NCBI GenBank assembly: GCA_963665095.1
Contig: OY762069.1
Location: 5,472,001 to 5,536,000, forward strand
From: an uncultured Desulfobacter sp.
GTDB lineage: Bacteria; Desulfobacterota; Desulfobacteria; Desulfobacterales; Desulfobacteraceae
Reading direction: 5' to 3'
Length of the DNA stretch: 64,000 nt
The position numbers and the translations under genes were made by a program. The first letter of the stretch is position 1. Each line of letters opens with the position of its first letter. Positions 39,501 to 48,721 of this stretch are shown one piece after another. A model generated the notes under the pieces. That model saw only the letters and a list, made by a program, of their open reading frames with translations, was not told where the DNA came from and did no database searches.

Positions 39501-39876
39501 CGGGAAACTTGCCGGGCACCCGCATGTTCAGGGTGGTAAACGCCCCTGTCGCATTGGTGATGAAAAAGAAAGGAAACACTTTGAGCTTGAAACTGCCGTT
39601 ATTATTTAAAAGCGTGACCTCTTCCTCATTCAGCGCTTCAAGGCGTGCCAGTTTGTCAGCCAGGTCGCCGGCGCCGGCATACTCGCCGCCGGCATATCTG
39701 AACCCTGCCTCTGCCAGGTTTGTGGCCCGCAGTTCAATGTTGTTTTCCGCGGTCTGGATGGAGGATGAACTGTTCATCAGGGCTACCCCGACCCCTAAGG
39801 AGAGGATCACCATCATCACCAGGATGGTGATCAGGATTGACCCGGTGTCATCCATTTTTTTTATAATTGTCTTCAT
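36568..39876 (-). CDS. Giant PilX/GspK-like minor pilin with beta-propeller-type repeats
   Basis: Prepilin-like G|SILITILVMMVIL without Glu5, ATNLAEAG (PilX-N), five L-N/R-x-x-W/Y-G...YxVGDxG repeats. Confidence 0.78.
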   Translation of the reverse strand: MKTIIKKMDDTGSILITILVMMVILSLGVGVALMNSSSSIQTAENNIELRATNLAEAGFRYAGGEYAGAGDLADKLARLEALNEEEVTLLNNNGSFKLKVFPFFFITNATGAFTTLNMRVPGKFPDGFQSALAAFEASADVDPMVNIADKFYEYSSGTATPGATDDESDQFSISLTTSEAVSVDRNTGVYLAFAPASSISVSEGGSFIVFSDTTLSNLLPVRNGLIDLYLDEGSFSGTYSYRRKENTESGVLLSGIQAVEDGALPLSLDTNSRIVIKKQARIESVGTTGTGSLQSSRDLDISVYLTDEEFVAPDESSDLDLGQGNNTAETFSDEGHTKLDNWEFESTSPRTDEEDLITTTTQEVTVEISGTEVTSDNFLTFQNFSSEDQDAGYTMEIIEKDRLPASVRGKNLNGLWGNASDNIYFVGDDGTIIYYNGTDFTLVDVGTVSQGKNLNAIWGLPSERDADTTELDHIFVGGDDGIGLINEGNGWRAASYIRRWYQSSRNFNRWKQYDIYAANGTAWRGMDGASSNHFDGYGQGGTNPFNWDNRDASELYISSLYFDDFDEKVNFRCLWAKDLSTTSQGTDYHNVIVGEFSESDRGWRPEFEAGDGLILHEFYNYAVISGCKLRGVWGSGWGDIYAVGDDAKIYHNTYNSYNSNWTHRWNQVNPGDIPTTENLNGVYGNSATDFYVVGDNATILYNKGDGFKLVSYADDEFADYQNGPPDLNNIWGSDQTGIYAVGDEGTIVFLGFPTNQIGEYILPLDKNAEISAKWAATPADSTPHYLSYTIQVKHVWGDELAYAASGICFRWHRETVTESNESKYAGYGISFLKFDSSDNDTNDMIPDSMKPYFNGTKEQNDRLLIVLWEQYVQDGAEKRRWIAYKDISTDSDMVKNGNGGPVDLSTLMVRVHEKTVEGRKVNDINVYYANPSTADETSDNLYNNTIRYRLNSTSIVGQGQGHAHGGTPISTDDVIWPVFDVDTWTGCSGSSCNDIDRFTLVDNVSVAEAPEAATTAMKYWIVNPAADIVLQSNGYTMRAGRFTSPSGTEFGTQEERSEIAVHVFGNIGEYGSQTLVSFTDFAVSLGVDADGVDTESSFGGLQ

Positions 39877-39896
39877 ATCTGCTGCCTTTTAAATAA

Positions 39897-40442
39897 TTAT
39901 GTTGTAGCGCTGTTTACGGTGTTGTTAAACAGCGGATTGATATCAATGGAAAATGTGCGGGAGGAATTATAGATATCCACGGTCAGGGTGATAACCACCC
40001 GTGACAGGCCGGTCAGGGAGTTGTCCGAAGGCAGGCTCCAGTTATTGCCGCTGCCGTCCAGAAACTGCAGGCTGAACGCGCTGATATTATCAATGAGAAT
40101 GGGGCCGTTGCCGCTTGCGGGCACTGCCGTTGAGCGGCTGAGCCTGACGTTTGTACCCTCCAGATAGACACAGAAATCCGTTCCGTCCCGGCTGTAGCGA
40201 AGCGTCCCTGTTGCGGCCTGGGACACCGTGTCCATTTTTTTTATCTCCCGGGCAAGTCTTTCAACGGCAAGACTGGTTTTCTGATATGCTTCGTTGGTGG
40301 CCCTGGCCATAAGAAAACTCTGGGCATTGTATACAAAATACATGGCCACGCCTATTCCCATAATGCTTAAAATAACGAGGGTGGCAATCATCTCAACCAG
40401 GCTGAATCCCTCTTCCCGGGATAATATGGCAACGGTTTTCAT
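39897..40442 (-). CDS. Minor pilin/pseudopilin (PilW/GspJ-like)
   Basis: EEG|FSLVEMIATLVIL prepilin cleavage/methylation motif. Confidence 0.88.
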   Translation of the reverse strand: MKTVAILSREEGFSLVEMIATLVILSIMGIGVAMYFVYNAQSFLMARATNEAYQKTSLAVERLAREIKKMDTVSQAATGTLRYSRDGTDFCVYLEGTNVRLSRSTAVPASGNGPILIDNISAFSLQFLDGSGNNWSLPSDNSLTGLSRVVITLTVDIYNSSRTFSIDINPLFNNTVNSATT

Positions 40443-40447
40443 GGGTG

Positions 40448-40855
40448 TCAGTTTCCTAATAATGTGACCAGCCGACTGCTGTTTTTTACAGCTGTAATCC
40501 GGACATACCGGCTGCCGGCGGTGGTGCTTTCAAACACCTCTCTTTGGGCGTCCGGTGCAGAAAAGCTTGTGGCGGTGCCGCTTACCATGCCCGGCGTAAG
40601 GCCGCTCACCACATCTGAGAGGTCATCCACGGCGTAATCCGTGACACTGGTGTCCGGGTCATTCTCCAGCGCGTTTCTGTAATGGGCATTGACCATTTCA
40701 ATGGCCTGGAACACCGCATAATTATCGCTCAGTGTGTTCAGCGGATCCACGCTGCGCATCACCCCCAGTCCGTTTGTTGACAACATGGTGGCGGCAATGG
40801 CAATCATGACAATGCCGATAATTAACTCAATAAGGGTAAAGCCTTTTTCATTCAT
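40448..40855 (-). CDS. Minor pilin/pseudopilin (PilV/GspI-like)
   Basis: EKG|FTLIELIIGIV. Confidence 0.88.
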   Translation of the reverse strand: MNEKGFTLIELIIGIVMIAIAATMLSTNGLGVMRSVDPLNTLSDNYAVFQAIEMVNAHYRNALENDPDTSVTDYAVDDLSDVVSGLTPGMVSGTATSFSAPDAQREVFESTTAGSRYVRITAVKNSSRLVTLLGN

Positions 40856-41496
40856 GGTATAAAACCTGTTTCCCGGGTAACCGTGATGGTGCGTGATAAG
40901 TTGGAGTCGCCAGTGTCGGTCAGGGGGATGCTGATGTCTGAAGCAAGTCGGGTCAGATCAGTGCTGTCGGACAAGGTATCGGTAATTGAAATGCTTCCTG
41001 TACCGGTGTGCCAGAAAGGGGTGCCCATATCATCAAACAGGAGGGTGAGCTGTGTTGTGGTGCCGGCCCCGCCTGTGATGCTGTCAATGGCGACATCCAT
41101 AAGGCTTGTGCGGACTCTGTCTCCGTTATAATCGATCTCTCCGCCATTGACACCCCAGGGCTGAATCCGGCTTCCACCCCATGTCAGTGACTGTCCGGTA
41201 TCGGCCTGTACCAGCCAGTAGTCGTCATTGGCGACATCAATCTGAATACCCCAGACGCCGGCATCGGTGAACATGGCTTTTGACTGGGCATATCTGATAT
41301 GATTCTTTAAGGCAGCCTCAATGGTGAGTATATCTGAACTGTCCCTGGAAAACCTGGATACTGCAACGGCAAGCAAAATGCCCATGACCACAAAAACACA
41401 AATCAGTTCTATCAGCGTAAAGCCCGCGTTGTCGCTTGGTCGGGCAGTTGTTTTCTGGTCCTGAAAATTCAAAGCGTACTCCTTAAAAAAAAACAC
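40852..41496 (-). CDS. Minor pilin/pseudopilin (FimT/GspH-like)
   Basis: NAG|FTLIELICVFVV, HIRYAQSKA, C-terminal ITVTRETG. Confidence 0.88.
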   Translation of the reverse strand: MFFFKEYALNFQDQKTTARPSDNAGFTLIELICVFVVMGILLAVAVSRFSRDSSDILTIEAALKNHIRYAQSKAMFTDAGVWGIQIDVANDDYWLVQADTGQSLTWGGSRIQPWGVNGGEIDYNGDRVRTSLMDVAIDSITGGAGTTTQLTLLFDDMGTPFWHTGTGSISITDTLSDSTDLTRLASDISIPLTDTGDSNLSRTITVTRETGFIP

Positions 41497-41567
41497 TTCT
41501 TTATGGTATTGTTTTAATTAAAATTATGGTTTTTGTCAATAAACCGTAAAGGGGGGCAGAGCCTGTG

Positions 41568-42260
41568 TTACTCGATAATGAGCACACCGTTTTTGTCCTT
41601 TGATATTTTTAGCTTGCGGGTCTGGGTTTTTCCCTTTACGGCAACAAGATCCAGTATTGGAATGGCAAAATTCAGGTTCTGTCCCTGCGTGTACTGGAAG
41701 GAGACAATGCCTACCACCTCGCCTTCCATGTTTAAAACAGGGCCGCCGCTGGATCCGGGTGATACCGGTGCCGACATCTGGAATACCCGGCCAAATGTAT
41801 CATGTTCTCTCCAGGCAGACACAATGCCACTGGTAATGGTCTGCTCCAGACCCATGGGACTGCCGGCCACAACTATTTTTTCACCCACCCTGGGCAGCTG
41901 GGCCGCAATTTTCAACGGCACAACCTTATTTTGGGGCACTGTGCTGCCCACTTGGAGGAAATCCTTATTTTTGATCCGTTTTACTGTATAGCTGCTCCGG
42001 AACATCTTTTGTTCCCAGGTTCTGATCCGGGCGCCTGAACCGGCAGGGATCACATGGTGATTGGTGATGATTTCCCCTTTATCATTGCAGAAAAATCCGC
42101 TGCCAATGGTTTTTGACTTGCCGAAAGACGGCTCTACAATTACCGTCACCAGGCTTGGCTGGATTTGATTGGCAATTTCTTCAACCGTCTGGGCTGTCAA
42201 CGCAGATACAAATATAAAAAAACAGAGCAGGGTGAATGCCAGACATCTAAACGGGCTCAT
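41568..42260 (-). CDS. Exported trypsin-like serine protease (S1C, no PDZ)
   Basis: Signal peptide, GSGFF, ITNHHVI, GIVS, PGSSGGPVLN, LNFAIP. Confidence 0.85.
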   Translation of the reverse strand: MSPFRCLAFTLLCFFIFVSALTAQTVEEIANQIQPSLVTVIVEPSFGKSKTIGSGFFCNDKGEIITNHHVIPAGSGARIRTWEQKMFRSSYTVKRIKNKDFLQVGSTVPQNKVVPLKIAAQLPRVGEKIVVAGSPMGLEQTITSGIVSAWREHDTFGRVFQMSAPVSPGSSGGPVLNMEGEVVGIVSFQYTQGQNLNFAIPILDLVAVKGKTQTRKLKISKDKNGVLIIE

Positions 42261-42342
42261 GTTCAGATCCTTTCTGGAAAAATTAACTTCAGATGTCCAT
42301 AAATAATTCCAACGATCTGAAATTATATGTAATGGATATATA

Positions 42343-43485
42343 TCAGCTATTATAAAAGTTGATAATAACATCCGCAACCCTGTCCACATCATCCAGATCC
42401 ATTTCATAGTATAAAGGCAGGCGCAGCACTCTGTTACTTAATTCATCCGTATGCTTTAATTCCCCGGCTGTTCTGCAGAATTTTTTTCCGGCAGGGGAGG
42501 AGTGCAACGGCACATAGTGAAACACAGCATGAATATTTTCCTGTTTAAGAGCGCCGATCAATCTGATACGTTCTTCAAGACTCCTCGTTATGATGTAAAA
42601 AATATGGCCGTTGTGGTTCCCTGACGCAGATTCACCGTGGGCCAGCCGGATAATACCCCTATATTCCAGAATGTTAAGTTTTTCCCGATATCGGTCACAG
42701 ATATCCCGTCGTTTCTGAATGATGGTTTCAGCCTGTTCCAGCTGGGCATATAAAAATGCGGCCGTCATATCCGAGGGCAGAAAGGAGGAGCCCATATCCA
42801 CCCAGGTATACTTATCCACCTGGCCCTGAAAAAACTGTCGCCGGTTGGTCCCTTTTTCCCAGATAATATGTGCCCGGTCCATCAATGCGGGATTGTTAAT
42901 CAAAAGCGCTCCGCCCTCACCGCTGATAATGTTTTTGGTTTCATGAAAACTTAAAGTACCCATATCGCCGATGGTGCCCAAATACCGGTCGTTGTCGGTT
43001 GAAAGAAGCGCCTGGGCCGCATCTTCAACAACCACCAGCCCGTGCCTGTCCGCAATATCCATGATGGCATCCATGGCACAGGGCACACCTGCATAATGGA
43101 CCGGTACAATGGCCTTTGTCTTCTCCGTAACTGCCGGCTCAATTTTTGTTGCATCAATATTCAGGGTATCCTGCCGGATATCCACAAACACCGGCATCCC
43201 GCCACGCAGCACAAAGGCATTGGCTGTTGAGACAAAGGTGTAGGACGGCATGATCACTTCATCCCCGGGCCTGATATCCGCAAGGATAGCTGCCATCTCA
43301 AGGGCGGCCGTACAGGAGTGGGTCAAAAGGGCAGGGCTGCCCAGGCGATTTTGAAGCCATGCCTGGCATTGCTTTGTGAAATAACCGTCTCCGGCAAGAT
43401 GAGAATGTTTTATAACCGCCTGGGCGATATTGTAGAGTTCTTTGCCGGCAATGAAAGGTCTGTTGTAGGGGATTGATGCCTGCAT
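42343..43485 (-). CDS. wecE: dTDP-4-amino-4,6-dideoxygalactose transaminase
   Basis: LLTHSCTAALEMAAIL, PSYTFVSTANAFVLRG, SFHETKN..SGEGG, EKGTNR.QFF.GQVDKYTW, VFHYVPLHSSPAG. Confidence 0.9.
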   Translation of the reverse strand: MQASIPYNRPFIAGKELYNIAQAVIKHSHLAGDGYFTKQCQAWLQNRLGSPALLTHSCTAALEMAAILADIRPGDEVIMPSYTFVSTANAFVLRGGMPVFVDIRQDTLNIDATKIEPAVTEKTKAIVPVHYAGVPCAMDAIMDIADRHGLVVVEDAAQALLSTDNDRYLGTIGDMGTLSFHETKNIISGEGGALLINNPALMDRAHIIWEKGTNRRQFFQGQVDKYTWVDMGSSFLPSDMTAAFLYAQLEQAETIIQKRRDICDRYREKLNILEYRGIIRLAHGESASGNHNGHIFYIITRSLEERIRLIGALKQENIHAVFHYVPLHSSPAGKKFCRTAGELKHTDELSNRVLRLPLYYEMDLDDVDRVADVIINFYNS

Positions 43486-43519
43486 ATTTCCTCCTGTCCA
43501 GGATTTTGTTGTCTTGATA

Positions 43520-43882
43520 TTATGCTCTGCTGGTTATGATAATGCCTATGACAATAAAAAGCAGGCCCAGCGCTTTATAGATAGAGAATGGCTCATTAAA
43601 TAAAATTATTGAAAAAATAAACACCAGAACGAATGACGCACTCATAAAAGGATAGGCAAAGCTTAAATCGAATTTTGTCATTGCCGCCATCCAGAATAAA
43701 GAGGCAATGAACGCAGCCAGAAAACCTGACAGGATAAAAGGGTCAATCAATAATCTGAGTAAAAAAATAGCCTTGTCTCTAAAAGGACCTGGCAGCGCCC
43801 CGTAATTGACGATCCTCCATTTGAGAATTAACTGTCCATAGACTGTAAAAACAATAGTTCCTAATATGTATAAAAAATTCAT
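43520..43882 (-). CDS. Small 4-TM EamA/SMR-like flippase (ArnE/ArnF-like)
   Basis: 120 aa, GQLILKW, WMAAMTKFDLSFAYPFMS, LFNEP. Confidence 0.8.
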   Translation of the reverse strand: MNFLYILGTIVFTVYGQLILKWRIVNYGALPGPFRDKAIFLLRLLIDPFILSGFLAAFIASLFWMAAMTKFDLSFAYPFMSASFVLVFIFSIILFNEPFSIYKALGLLFIVIGIIITSRA

Positions 43883-45069
43883 TTGACCAACATGACTCTT
43901 ATCAGCTGGTTGATCCGACTGACTTTTTGGAGCATCTCTTTTTCCGAACCAAATTTCAGAAAAACAACGCCTAACTTATCAACCAGATAATTATTGATTT
44001 TATCCCCTTTTTTCCACCATATCAGTTCGTCGCAGATATTTCCCTTAATATTATCTTCAATCACCACATTTTTGACCACACCGTTTTCAGGCGCCATGAT
44101 GCAATGCCGTCCATAAAATCCCTTTTGGCGGGCTTCCGGAAATCCTCCGCAGTCAACACCAACAGAGGATTTAACAATCCAGTCCTCCCAGTTTAATCCG
44201 GTTGCGTTGTTAACAGGATACGGGTAAAGGTCCCCGGAGCATCGCCTCGTAATTTCGATAATATTGGGTTTTCCATTTTTATAAATGTATTGGATATGGA
44301 ATATGCCGTCCTTTAATGACAAAAGCCCGGCAATTTTTTCTGACGCACTTACCAGAATCTTTGCAACTTCTTTAATATTTGTTGATGGTGCTGTAGAAGT
44401 AGAGACCAGATTAGGGTTCAAATACGAATACTCATTATCACTAAAATAAAATTGAATTTTTTGTTTATATAAAAACGAACTAAAGCTATGCAAAGTGCCA
44501 TCAATAAATTCTTCAATAACGATACGGTGTTGAGGAGATAGTTCAAACGCCTTTTTTACGGCAGCCTCAAGCGATGCCTTTTCAAAAACCCGGGTAATGC
44601 CTTTTCCGCCAGTAAGATCTACTGGTTTTACAATCAAAGGCAGGTTAAAAGAATCAATGCAGGACAAGGCGTTCTTTATTTCAGTGAAACCTTGGGCCTT
44701 TGGCGTTGGAATGCCGTTTTTGAGTGAAAATTCCTTGAATTTATCCTTATGGTGAATCGTCAGGCAATTTTTATAAGTATCATGGCCGGGCAGGGACATT
44801 TTTTCAGCTACATATGAGGCAGTGATAGCGCCAAAATCATTGGCACAGGAACAGATCGCATCAATTTTTAACTTTTGCGCAAGAATAAGGATACTATCTT
44901 TGTCTGAAAAATCAGCACAATGATATTCATCCGCATGGGAATGCCCTATAAGTTTTGGGTTATTTCCCGTTGTAATCACATGAAAGCCCAGTTTCTTTCC
45001 GGCTAAAATCAGAGGAATATCTGAATGGCTGCCGTTCAAAATAAGCAGTTTTTTTAATGGTGCGCTCAT
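43879..45069 (-). CDS. ATP-grasp domain ligase
   Basis: HKDKFK, PLIVKPVDLTGGKGI, IEEFIDG, IIEITRRCSGD. Confidence 0.85.
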   Translation of the reverse strand: MSAPLKKLLILNGSHSDIPLILAGKKLGFHVITTGNNPKLIGHSHADEYHCADFSDKDSILILAQKLKIDAICSCANDFGAITASYVAEKMSLPGHDTYKNCLTIHHKDKFKEFSLKNGIPTPKAQGFTEIKNALSCIDSFNLPLIVKPVDLTGGKGITRVFEKASLEAAVKKAFELSPQHRIVIEEFIDGTLHSFSSFLYKQKIQFYFSDNEYSYLNPNLVSTSTAPSTNIKEVAKILVSASEKIAGLLSLKDGIFHIQYIYKNGKPNIIEITRRCSGDLYPYPVNNATGLNWEDWIVKSSVGVDCGGFPEARQKGFYGRHCIMAPENGVVKNVVIEDNIKGNICDELIWWKKGDKINNYLVDKLGVVFLKFGSEKEMLQKVSRINQLIRVMLVK

Positions 45070-45081
45070 AACCCTCCAAAC

Positions 45082-46593
45082 TCAGACAGAGTTTAAATGC
45101 ATCCAGGTAGTTTTAAGATTTGTATATTCGTCAAAAGCATATAAAGACTTGTCTTTGCCGAAGCCCGATTCCTTGAACCCGCCAAAAGGCACACTGTTGT
45201 CATCTGCCCCATAACTGTTAACATGAACAATGCCGGCTTTTAATAGACGGGAAACCTGATACGCCTCATTGATGTCATCCGTCCAGATTGCCCCCGCGAG
45301 CCCGTACCGGCTGTTATTGGCGAGGGATATGGCACCATTGATAGAGTCAAAGCCAAACACACATAAAACCGGGCCAAAAATTTCTTCCTGGGCGATCCGC
45401 GAATTTGGGTCAACCTGATCAAATATTACCGGAACAACTGAATGTCCATCCTGATAGGCCTTGCTTTCATTTGAACAGCGGTATATTACAGCACCGGATT
45501 CAATGCCGCTTTGGATGAATTTTTTGATTTTTTCCTTCTGTTCCAAGCTCACCACACAACCGACCCGACTATCCGGATCAAATGGATTGCTTGGAATATA
45601 TTTTTCCATCTCCTTTCTGACCAGATTAATAAATTCATCTTTTATTTTATTTTCAATGATGGCCCGTGAGGGGGCGGAACAAATTTGCCCTTGGTTATAG
45701 AATATACTTTCTGCAAGTACCCCTGCCGCCTTTTCCAACCGGGAGCATTTTGATGACACAATAAAGGCCGACTTTCCTCCACACTCCAAGCCGACCTTTT
45801 TCATGTTGGAGCGACCGGCATATTCAAGGATTTTTTTGCCTACTTCTGCCGAGCCGGTAAAAAACAGACCGTCTACATCTTTGTGAAGGGCAAGTGCTTT
45901 ACCTGCAATCTCACCAATGCCGGGCACAACATGTAAAACACCATCCGGAACCCCGGCCTGTTGCGCCAGGCATGCAACTTTCAGAATAGAAAATGACGAT
46001 TGCTCGGCTGGCTTGATGATAACTGAATTTCCCATCAATAAAGCCGGTATCGTTTTCCACATAGCCGGCACCAGCGGATCATTCCAGGGGGTGATCAAAC
46101 CGACCACACCGATAGGTTCCCTTGTGATCGTGGCAAATGAATGTTTTCTTGGAACAATGGCATGATCATAAAATTTGTCCACACTTTCAGCAAACCAGTG
46201 GACAACTTGAACAGCCTTTGGAATTGAATCTTCGTAATAATCTTTATAACACCGGCCAGTTTCAAGAGTATCAAGCAGGGCAAGTTCTTCCCTGTGTTCG
46301 TCCATGAGGTCTGCCAGTCTTAGAAAGATCTCTTTTTTTTCCTGGGGCTCTTTATCCATCCAGATTCGACTTTCAACTGTTGCCTTGGCCGATTTGACAG
46401 CGATGTCCACGTCATTCTGTTTACAGGATGCTAATCCGGAAAGGTCTCTTTGATCCGCAGGACTTATTTTTTTTATAATTTCGTTATCAGACGATGTCAC
46501 AAACCGACCATTTATAAAGGCCCGTTTTTCTATTTTTATGTTATTCAATTTTTCGATAAGGCGCTTCATAATTTTGTTCTCTTTTTTCCACAC
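45082..46593 (-). CDS. Aldehyde dehydrogenase (PuuC-like)
   Basis: ITPWN, KPAEQS, FTGS, LECGGKS, NQGQICSA, EEIFGPV, PFGGFKESG. Confidence 0.92.
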   Translation of the reverse strand: MWKKENKIMKRLIEKLNNIKIEKRAFINGRFVTSSDNEIIKKISPADQRDLSGLASCKQNDVDIAVKSAKATVESRIWMDKEPQEKKEIFLRLADLMDEHREELALLDTLETGRCYKDYYEDSIPKAVQVVHWFAESVDKFYDHAIVPRKHSFATITREPIGVVGLITPWNDPLVPAMWKTIPALLMGNSVIIKPAEQSSFSILKVACLAQQAGVPDGVLHVVPGIGEIAGKALALHKDVDGLFFTGSAEVGKKILEYAGRSNMKKVGLECGGKSAFIVSSKCSRLEKAAGVLAESIFYNQGQICSAPSRAIIENKIKDEFINLVRKEMEKYIPSNPFDPDSRVGCVVSLEQKEKIKKFIQSGIESGAVIYRCSNESKAYQDGHSVVPVIFDQVDPNSRIAQEEIFGPVLCVFGFDSINGAISLANNSRYGLAGAIWTDDINEAYQVSRLLKAGIVHVNSYGADDNSVPFGGFKESGFGKDKSLYAFDEYTNLKTTWMHLNSV

Positions 46594-46598
46594 GGCAA

Positions 46599-47729
46599 TT
46601 AGATAAACCGGTCATACTCTGGTACGGGAGGTATAAGGGTCAAGTTATCCAATTTATTTTTCATATGAAACACTTCCAGGTTAGATTCATGTCTCAGGCA
46701 ATGAAAAGGACAATGCTTTCCAGGATCCAGATAAGCCATGACCTCTTTTCTTCTATCCCCATGCCACATATCGTTAAAGGATGTCTGGTTGATATCACCG
46801 ATTCTGAATCGTTCTTTACCACGCCAGTAAGGACATACAAAAACACCGGACGGGCAGACAAGTGTTCTCAGTTCAGTCATGGGGCAGACACTGTAGCTTT
46901 TAGGTTGCAGTTTTTCGGCAACGCTATCTAATGAATACTTTAGATTTATCGCTTTGATAATGGAAAAGGACTCTATCTCAAGGGCTGCCAATTTATCAAT
47001 CTCCTCTTTTGCCTGATCCATCCTGTTTTTATCATGGACTACAAGAGAATGATCAACACCGTTATCATAATTATAGCTGGGTTTTACTTCAAAATAATCA
47101 CATCCGATATCCCTTGCCAAAAGTGCTGCATCATAGATTTCTTCGATATTGGGCTCGATACCAAATCCATCAGCTTCTGTTCTAATCAAAAAGGAAAATC
47201 CAAGTTTGCCTTTTTTGATTTTAGCAAGTTCCCTCATATTATTGATAACTTTTTGAAAATATGATTTCCCGTTTTTACCCGGTCTAAGCTTACAAAAAGT
47301 TTTTTCTGTGGCAGCATCAACAGAGATTCGTGTCCAGCTTGAGTGCTGTGCAATGATATCAAGATATCGGTGGATAAAACAGCCGTTTGTGGTGATTCCG
47401 ATTCGAATATCATGTTCCCCAAGAAAACGGATAAATTCACCGACCGTAGGGTGGGCTAATGGCTCGCCGCCCCCGATCAAAATAACCGCCTTTACCCCGG
47501 AGTTATAAAATTCTTCAGCAAGAGACATTAACCGCAGGTTGTCAATACTGTTTCTTTGGGCCACTAGATCCTCGCTGATGCAACCAGGGCATGCCAAGTT
47601 ACATACCTCAGTTGTATCAAGCTCAACAACAAGGGGGCCGTCAGATCCCTTTTCCCAGTCCAGATCCTTTACTCTGTCAATGACAAACTGCTGGTGTAGT
47701 TTTTTTATAATATCCATGCGCTGGGGCAT
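46599..47729 (-). CDS. Radical SAM enzyme with SPASM/twitch-like C-terminus
   Basis: CNLACPGC, GGGEP, ITTNG, RISVDA, C-terminal C...CPY...CPFHC. Confidence 0.9.
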   Translation of the reverse strand: MPQRMDIIKKLHQQFVIDRVKDLDWEKGSDGPLVVELDTTEVCNLACPGCISEDLVAQRNSIDNLRLMSLAEEFYNSGVKAVILIGGGEPLAHPTVGEFIRFLGEHDIRIGITTNGCFIHRYLDIIAQHSSWTRISVDAATEKTFCKLRPGKNGKSYFQKVINNMRELAKIKKGKLGFSFLIRTEADGFGIEPNIEEIYDAALLARDIGCDYFEVKPSYNYDNGVDHSLVVHDKNRMDQAKEEIDKLAALEIESFSIIKAINLKYSLDSVAEKLQPKSYSVCPMTELRTLVCPSGVFVCPYWRGKERFRIGDINQTSFNDMWHGDRRKEVMAYLDPGKHCPFHCLRHESNLEVFHMKNKLDNLTLIPPVPEYDRFI

Positions 47730-48721
47730 TATTTACTGTCCTCCTTATGGTCTCCTCGGCTGATAATATCTTTTACAATATAAAGAGGCCGTTTCTTAAC
47801 TTCATCATAGGTTTTCCCAACATATAATCCAACCATGCCGATAACTGAGACCATGACTCCGGACAGAAAGAAAAGGGATACCATCAAGCTTGTCCATCCA
47901 TTGGCAATGTTGCCCCAAACAAAAAATCGCAATATTAACCAGGCTGCATATACTGAGGAGATAATGGAAATAATAAACCCGGCTTTCACTGCTAAAAACA
48001 AAGGTTTGTTTGAATGAGAAAGAATATGATCTACAGCCAGGTTTAATCTTTTTGAGAAATTGTATCCAGACGCTCCGGCTGGTCTGCTTGAATGGTCAAT
48101 ATCAATTTCAGCCCTGTTAAAACCAACAAGAGAAATCAGCAAACCTACGGACCGGTCCTTTTCATGATATTTTTTTATACTTTCAATCACCTGCCTTGAA
48201 TAAATCCCAAAATTAGCGACCTTATTATCAAGCTTCTGGTCCGTTAAATAGTTAAAAATAATATAAAAGACCTTTGAAGTAAATTTTTTAAAAAAAGAAT
48301 CCTGCCGCTCTTTTCTTTTTCCGACAACAACATCAAACCCGGTCAACGCTTTCTTATATAGCTTGGCTATCTCTTCTGGTTGATCCTGAAGATCCCCGTC
48401 CATGATGACAACCCAGTCCCCTGAAACAAAATCAAGGCCGGCAGTTATTGCGTAGTGCTGTCCAAAATTTCGGGAAAGATTGACTCCTATGACCTTATCA
48501 TCATGATTTGCGCAAGTAGAAACAATATCCCAATCATTTTCAGGACTTGAATCATTTACGAAAATTATTTCAAACTTTTTGTCCGTTAAAGAGCTGAGGG
48601 TTACAGCAAGCCGTTTATGTAACTCTGCAATACTTTCGCTGCATTTATAAAGTGGAATTACTACTGAAATCCTAACATCTTGGACTGGGCGTATTTGCCT
48701 TAAATCAGACATATTATACAA
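47729..48721 (-). CDS. GT2 polyprenyl-phosphate glycosyltransferase (GtrB/ArnC-like)
   Basis: ISVVIP, FVNDSS, SRNFGQH.AITAG, MDGDLQD.PE, two C-terminal TMs, YVGKTYDEVKKRPLY. Confidence 0.92.
   Translation of the reverse strand: MYNMSDLRQIRPVQDVRISVVIPLYKCSESIAELHKRLAVTLSSLTDKKFEIIFVNDSSPENDWDIVSTCANHDDKVIGVNLSRNFGQHYAITAGLDFVSGDWVVIMDGDLQDQPEEIAKLYKKALTGFDVVVGKRKERQDSFFKKFTSKVFYIIFNYLTDQKLDNKVANFGIYSRQVIESIKKYHEKDRSVGLLISLVGFNRAEIDIDHSSRPAGASGYNFSKRLNLAVDHILSHSNKPLFLAVKAGFIISIISSVYAAWLILRFFVWGNIANGWTSLMVSLFFLSGVMVSVIGMVGLYVGKTYDEVKKRPLYIVKDIISRGDHKEDSK

Noticed and set aside
42343..43485. Enterobacterial common antigen cluster
   Set aside because: wecE is present but wecA/B/C/D/F/G, wzx and wzy are not
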